A stretch of DNA of 11,093 nt from Promethearchaeota archaeon (GTDB taxonomy: Archaea; Asgardarchaeota; Lokiarchaeia; Sigyniarchaeales; SOKP01). Below are positions 8,550 through 11,093 of this stretch, piece by piece. The position numbers and the translations under genes are program-made. The DNA lies in NCBI GenBank assembly GCA_004524535.1, contig SDNY01000117.1:1-11093 (forward strand). The letters are read 5' to 3'. Within the stretch, counting starts at the first letter, position 1, and each line of letters begins with the position of its first letter. A model generated the notes under the pieces. The model was given only the letters and a program-made list of their open reading frames with translations, did not search any database and was not told where the DNA came from.

Positions 8550-8751
8550 ATTATAATCTTTAAAATAAATCTTTATTAGATCATCATAAGCAAAAAAAAT
8601 CAGTTTTCAATATGTTCACTCGAATTTTAGATTAAAACTGATATAAATAAGAAAAAGATAATTTTTTATACTTCTGGTTTATTATAAACATAAGAGTATT
8701 TATAAAATAAAATTCTAATATTTATTATATTATAAAAATATCAAAAAAAGT

Positions 8752-8757
8752 GGTGGA
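8752..8757 (+). promoter_or_regulatory. Shine-Dalgarno-like GGTGGA upstream of the proposed ATT start of the roadblock gene
   Basis: A G-rich island in an AT-rich spacer, 5 nt upstream of the in-frame ATT at 8763. Confidence 0.6.
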
Positions 8758-8762
8758 TAACC

Positions 8763-9227
8763 ATTAGTATTGATACAAAAAGTTTTGATAATATTCTCAG
8801 TAAGATTATAAAGTCCGAATCGGGCATTAAGAAAGTAATATTGGTTGATCGTACTGGTTTAACCATCGCGAGCGTATCAAAATTTTCCTATTTCCCCGCC
8901 GATGTGGATGGTATTGGTGCAATCGCGAGCGCAGTTTTCTGTGCTAGTGAAGAGCAAGGTAAAAATCTTGAACTCGGCGATCTTGATATAGTTACCTCAG
9001 AATTTAGTGGAGGTAAGATATTTGCCGCATCGTGTGGGCCTAAGGGGGTCCTTTGTCTTATCAGCGACCCTGACATCAACATTGGGTTGATTAGACTTAT
9101 CCTAAAGCGCTCTGGCGATGAGCTGCGAGAGATACTTGATGAATTTTTATCAGAAGTTCCCGAAACGCTTGACAGCGGATTGGATTTAAGTGATTTGGAT
9201 GAGTTAGATGGATTATCTCCAGATTGA
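8763..9227 (+). CDS. Roadblock/LC7 (MglB/LAMTOR2-like) domain protein with acidic C-terminal tail
   Basis: Roadblock pattern: helix FDNILSKIIKSESG, strand IKKVILVDRTGLTIAS, helix DGIGAIASAVFCASEEQGKNL, then SEFSGGKIF, VLCLIS and NIGLIRL. The track start (TTG 8841) falls inside the first strand, and the frame is open back to TAA at 8733. Confidence 0.9.
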   Translation: MSIDTKSFDNILSKIIKSESGIKKVILVDRTGLTIASVSKFSYFPADVDGIGAIASAVFCASEEQGKNLELGDLDIVTSEFSGGKIFAASCGPKGVLCLISDPDINIGLIRLILKRSGDELREILDEFLSEVPETLDSGLDLSDLDELDGLSPD

Positions 9228-9296
9228 TTAATCTTAAAGTAAATCTTCCATTTATTAAATCTTTTTGCATAAAGGACAGTTTTAATCGTTATATTT

Positions 9297-9328
9297 ATTA
9301 TCTCTATTAATTTAAAAAGCAGTATTAA
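9297..9328 (+). repeat. Direct repeat, left copy (exact core TCTATTAATTTAAAAAGCAGTA at 9303-9324)
   Basis: Matches 10292-10323 at 30 of 32 positions, with a 22-bp exact core. Confidence 0.92.
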
Positions 9329-9422
9329 CTTACTCCAGATTAAAATTTATAGAAATTTTTTTAATCTACTTTTAATCGACTCATTCACTATATTCAATTT
9401 ATGTTGAATTCAAAAGATTGAC

Positions 9423-10181
9423 TTAAAGAGGCTGGAAACAAAATAATTTTTCATTTCCAAGAAATAGTACATTAAACTTATCAATAAAATTTTTCCCTAA
9501 TAAGGCTTGAAGAGCTAAACCACTAATATTAGCTGAAGTAAATTCTAACTCATATTTACGACCTTCATACTTGAAAATACATTTATAAATTTCTGCCTCA
9601 ATTATTCCATTAGCAGTTAATAATGAACTTTTGCGTATCGGTGTTAAATTATGGGTTTCAATGAATTTTTTATCAAGTGCAGTAATAGAAGCACCAGTGT
9701 CAACAAGCCCAATAATAGACTCCTCGCTATCATTAAAAATCATTGAAAACTCAAGAAAGGGATAAAAATGATTATCAATTTCAGCTTGTTGATAACATTT
9801 TGTGTTTTCAGCAGAAAAAATAGAAAATAAAGTTTCAAAAGATTCGATTTCTTTGCCTTTACGAATAATACCAGCAGTGGCATCAGGAAACTTTTCATAT
9901 AGAACTTTCATTACTTCTCCGATTGTATCTCCTGTGGCAACAATAGTATTACGAGAAATTCCAAGATATTTTCCATCCGGGATGAATTCAGGAATATCTA
10001 TCTTTTTTAGATCAATAGGTGGATTTTTTTCTTTAAAATTGTCAATTAGCTTTTGCAAATTCATTTTATCATCAATAGCTTCCCGAATGAATTCACTAAC
10101 ACTCTTATATCCTTTTAATTTTGTAATTTCTTCGATCTTTTTCTTTTTTTTCTCATCAACTTTAAAATTAATAATAGTCAT
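9423..10181 (-). CDS. Fusion of ribbon-helix-helix (CopG-like), DUF5678-like and clan AA retropepsin-like aspartic protease domains
   Basis: RHH: MTIINFKVDEKKKKKIEEITKLKGYKSVSEFIREAIDDKM. DUF5678-like: DGKYLGISRNTIVATGDTIGEVMKVLYEKFP. Protease: GLVDTGASIT, TANG flap, ALLGKNFI. Confidence 0.85.
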   Translation of the reverse strand: MTIINFKVDEKKKKKIEEITKLKGYKSVSEFIREAIDDKMNLQKLIDNFKEKNPPIDLKKIDIPEFIPDGKYLGISRNTIVATGDTIGEVMKVLYEKFPDATAGIIRKGKEIESFETLFSIFSAENTKCYQQAEIDNHFYPFLEFSMIFNDSEESIIGLVDTGASITALDKKFIETHNLTPIRKSSLLTANGIIEAEIYKCIFKYEGRKYELEFTSANISGLALQALLGKNFIDKFNVLFLGNEKLFCFQPL

Positions 10182-10219
10182 AGAAGTAATACCCTTACTC
10201 TTAAATAAAGTAAGACAAT

Positions 10220-10271
10220 TCTTATATAAATAATTATGTTTATAAGATTCATTTAGAACTCAATTCTAAAT
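10220..10271 (-). promoter_or_regulatory. Promoter/operator region of the RHH-protease gene: TATA-like boxes and two inverted repeats
   Basis: Minus-strand TTTATATA at 10230-10223. Inverted repeats TCTTATA-N14-TATAAGA (10220-10247) and ATTTAGAA-N5-TTCTAAAT (10251-10271). Confidence 0.5.
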
Positions 10272-10291
10272 TACAAGGGTGATAAGGAACA

Positions 10292-10323
10292 ATTATTTCT
10301 ATTAATTTAAAAAGCAGTAATAA
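10292..10323 (+). repeat. Direct repeat, right copy (core 10298-10319), overlapping the likely TATA box of the SDR gene
   Basis: Same 22-bp core as the left copy. TTTAAAAA at 10306-10313 lies 23-30 nt upstream of ATG 10336, consistent with a leaderless archaeal promoter. Confidence 0.92.
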
Positions 10324-10335
10324 ATTATTTGTAGT

Positions 10336-11093
10336 ATGAAATTAGGATTAAAAAATAAGGTCGCTTTAATTTTGGCTTCCAGCAAAGGTTTAGGATTTGC
10401 TTGCGCTAAAGGTTTTTACGAGGAAGGGGCAAATGTTGTAATTTGTAGTCGTTCAGAGGAAAACTTAAAGAAATCTAAAAATGAAATTGAACAATTAAAA
10501 TCTTTAACAGAAGATAATAAAGTTATTTCAATTGTCGCAGATTTAAAGTATGAAAAACAAATTAAAAATCTTGTAAATAAGACTTTGGACGAATTTGGAC
10601 GAATCGATATATTAGTCCATAACGCAGGAGGCCCTCCATCAGCACCAATAAGTAAAATCACAAAAGAGGATTGGTCAAATTCAATTGATTTAAACCTACT
10701 TTCTTTCATAAGAATAACAGAGTTAATTCTTCCGATTATGCAAAAGCAGAATTCAGGCAAGATTATAGCAATCACCTCCGTATCAGTAAAACAACCATTA
10801 GAGAATTTAGTACTATCAAATACTACTCGTTTGGGAGTCGTAGGATATGCTAAAACTCTTGCTAATGAGTATGCTAAAGATAATATATTAGTAAATGTTG
10901 TATGTCCTGGACCAAATCTTACTGATCGAATGAAAGAAATTATAAATAAAATGGCTCAAGATACCGGTAAGTCAGAGGAGGAAGTTAAAGAATCTTGGAC
11001 AGAACAAATTCCATTAGGACGTATGGGAAAACCGGAAGAATTAGCCAATTTAGTTGTTTTTTTGGCCTCCGAAAAAGCTAGTTATATTACGGG
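10336..11093 (+). CDS. Short-chain dehydrogenase/reductase (3-oxoacyl-ACP reductase-like, atypical active-site subgroup), truncated by the window edge
   Basis: Absent from the ORF track because it has no stop in the window. Hand translation: [39 protein letters not shown]...[14 protein letters not shown]...[33 protein letters not shown]...VNVVCPG...[29 protein letters not shown]. Confidence 0.93.
   Translation, partial: [252 protein letters not shown]

Larger units (their letters stand above)
9297..10323. mobile_element. Putative inserted single-gene cassette (995-bp spacing between direct repeats), non-autonomous
   Basis: Direct repeats bracket exactly one gene, which opposes the orientation of all its neighbours. 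No recombinase or terminal inverted repeats are seen. Confidence 0.5.

Noticed and set aside
8682-8693. TTATAAACATAA upstream of the roadblock gene, also on the minus strand at 10245-10234 upstream of the RHH gene
   Set aside because: A 12-bp nearly all-AT match containing a TATA box; a shared core promoter or chance suffices.
9320-9410. Integron attC site (GTTGAAT at 9403-9409 fits GTTRRRY)
   Set aside because: No matching RYYYAAC at a suitable distance and no extended hairpin could be found by eye.
600-10775. Other short antisense ORFs in the track (600-896, 770-958, 4468-4707, 4742-4996, 5703-5924, 6315-6575, 6621-6863, 8093-8323, 8888-9082, 9802-10233, 10416-10775)
   Set aside because: All are shadows of well-supported genes on the opposite strand, with no recognisable motifs.

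Overview
AT-rich archaeal-looking window, most consistent with an Asgard archaeon (Lokiarchaeia-like). This is inferred from the roadblock/LC7 gene, a longin/uDENN-like coiled-coil gene, a multi-PAS gene and TATA-like promoters. Left to right on the + strand: (1) a large Ig-like/alpha-solenoid protein whose C-terminus resembles a degenerate N-formylglutamate-amidohydrolase-type fold; (2) a divergent GCS2/YbdK-family carboxylate-amine ligase with a Lys-rich, Thr-repeat N-terminal tail; (3) an amidohydrolase_2-family metallohydrolase; (4) a four-PAS protein with no output domain; (5) a longin-like + acidic + coiled-coil protein with recent internal duplications; (6) a roadblock/LC7 protein that apparently has to start at a non-canonical ATT codon. 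Next is a - strand RHH-DUF5678-retropepsin fusion gene bracketed by a 22-bp exact direct repeat (32 bp with 2 mismatches), then an atypical SDR running off the right edge. The best candidates for undescribed systems are the ligase/hydrolase/adaptor cluster and the direct-repeat-flanked protease cassette. All family calls come from motif recognition by eye; no searches were run.
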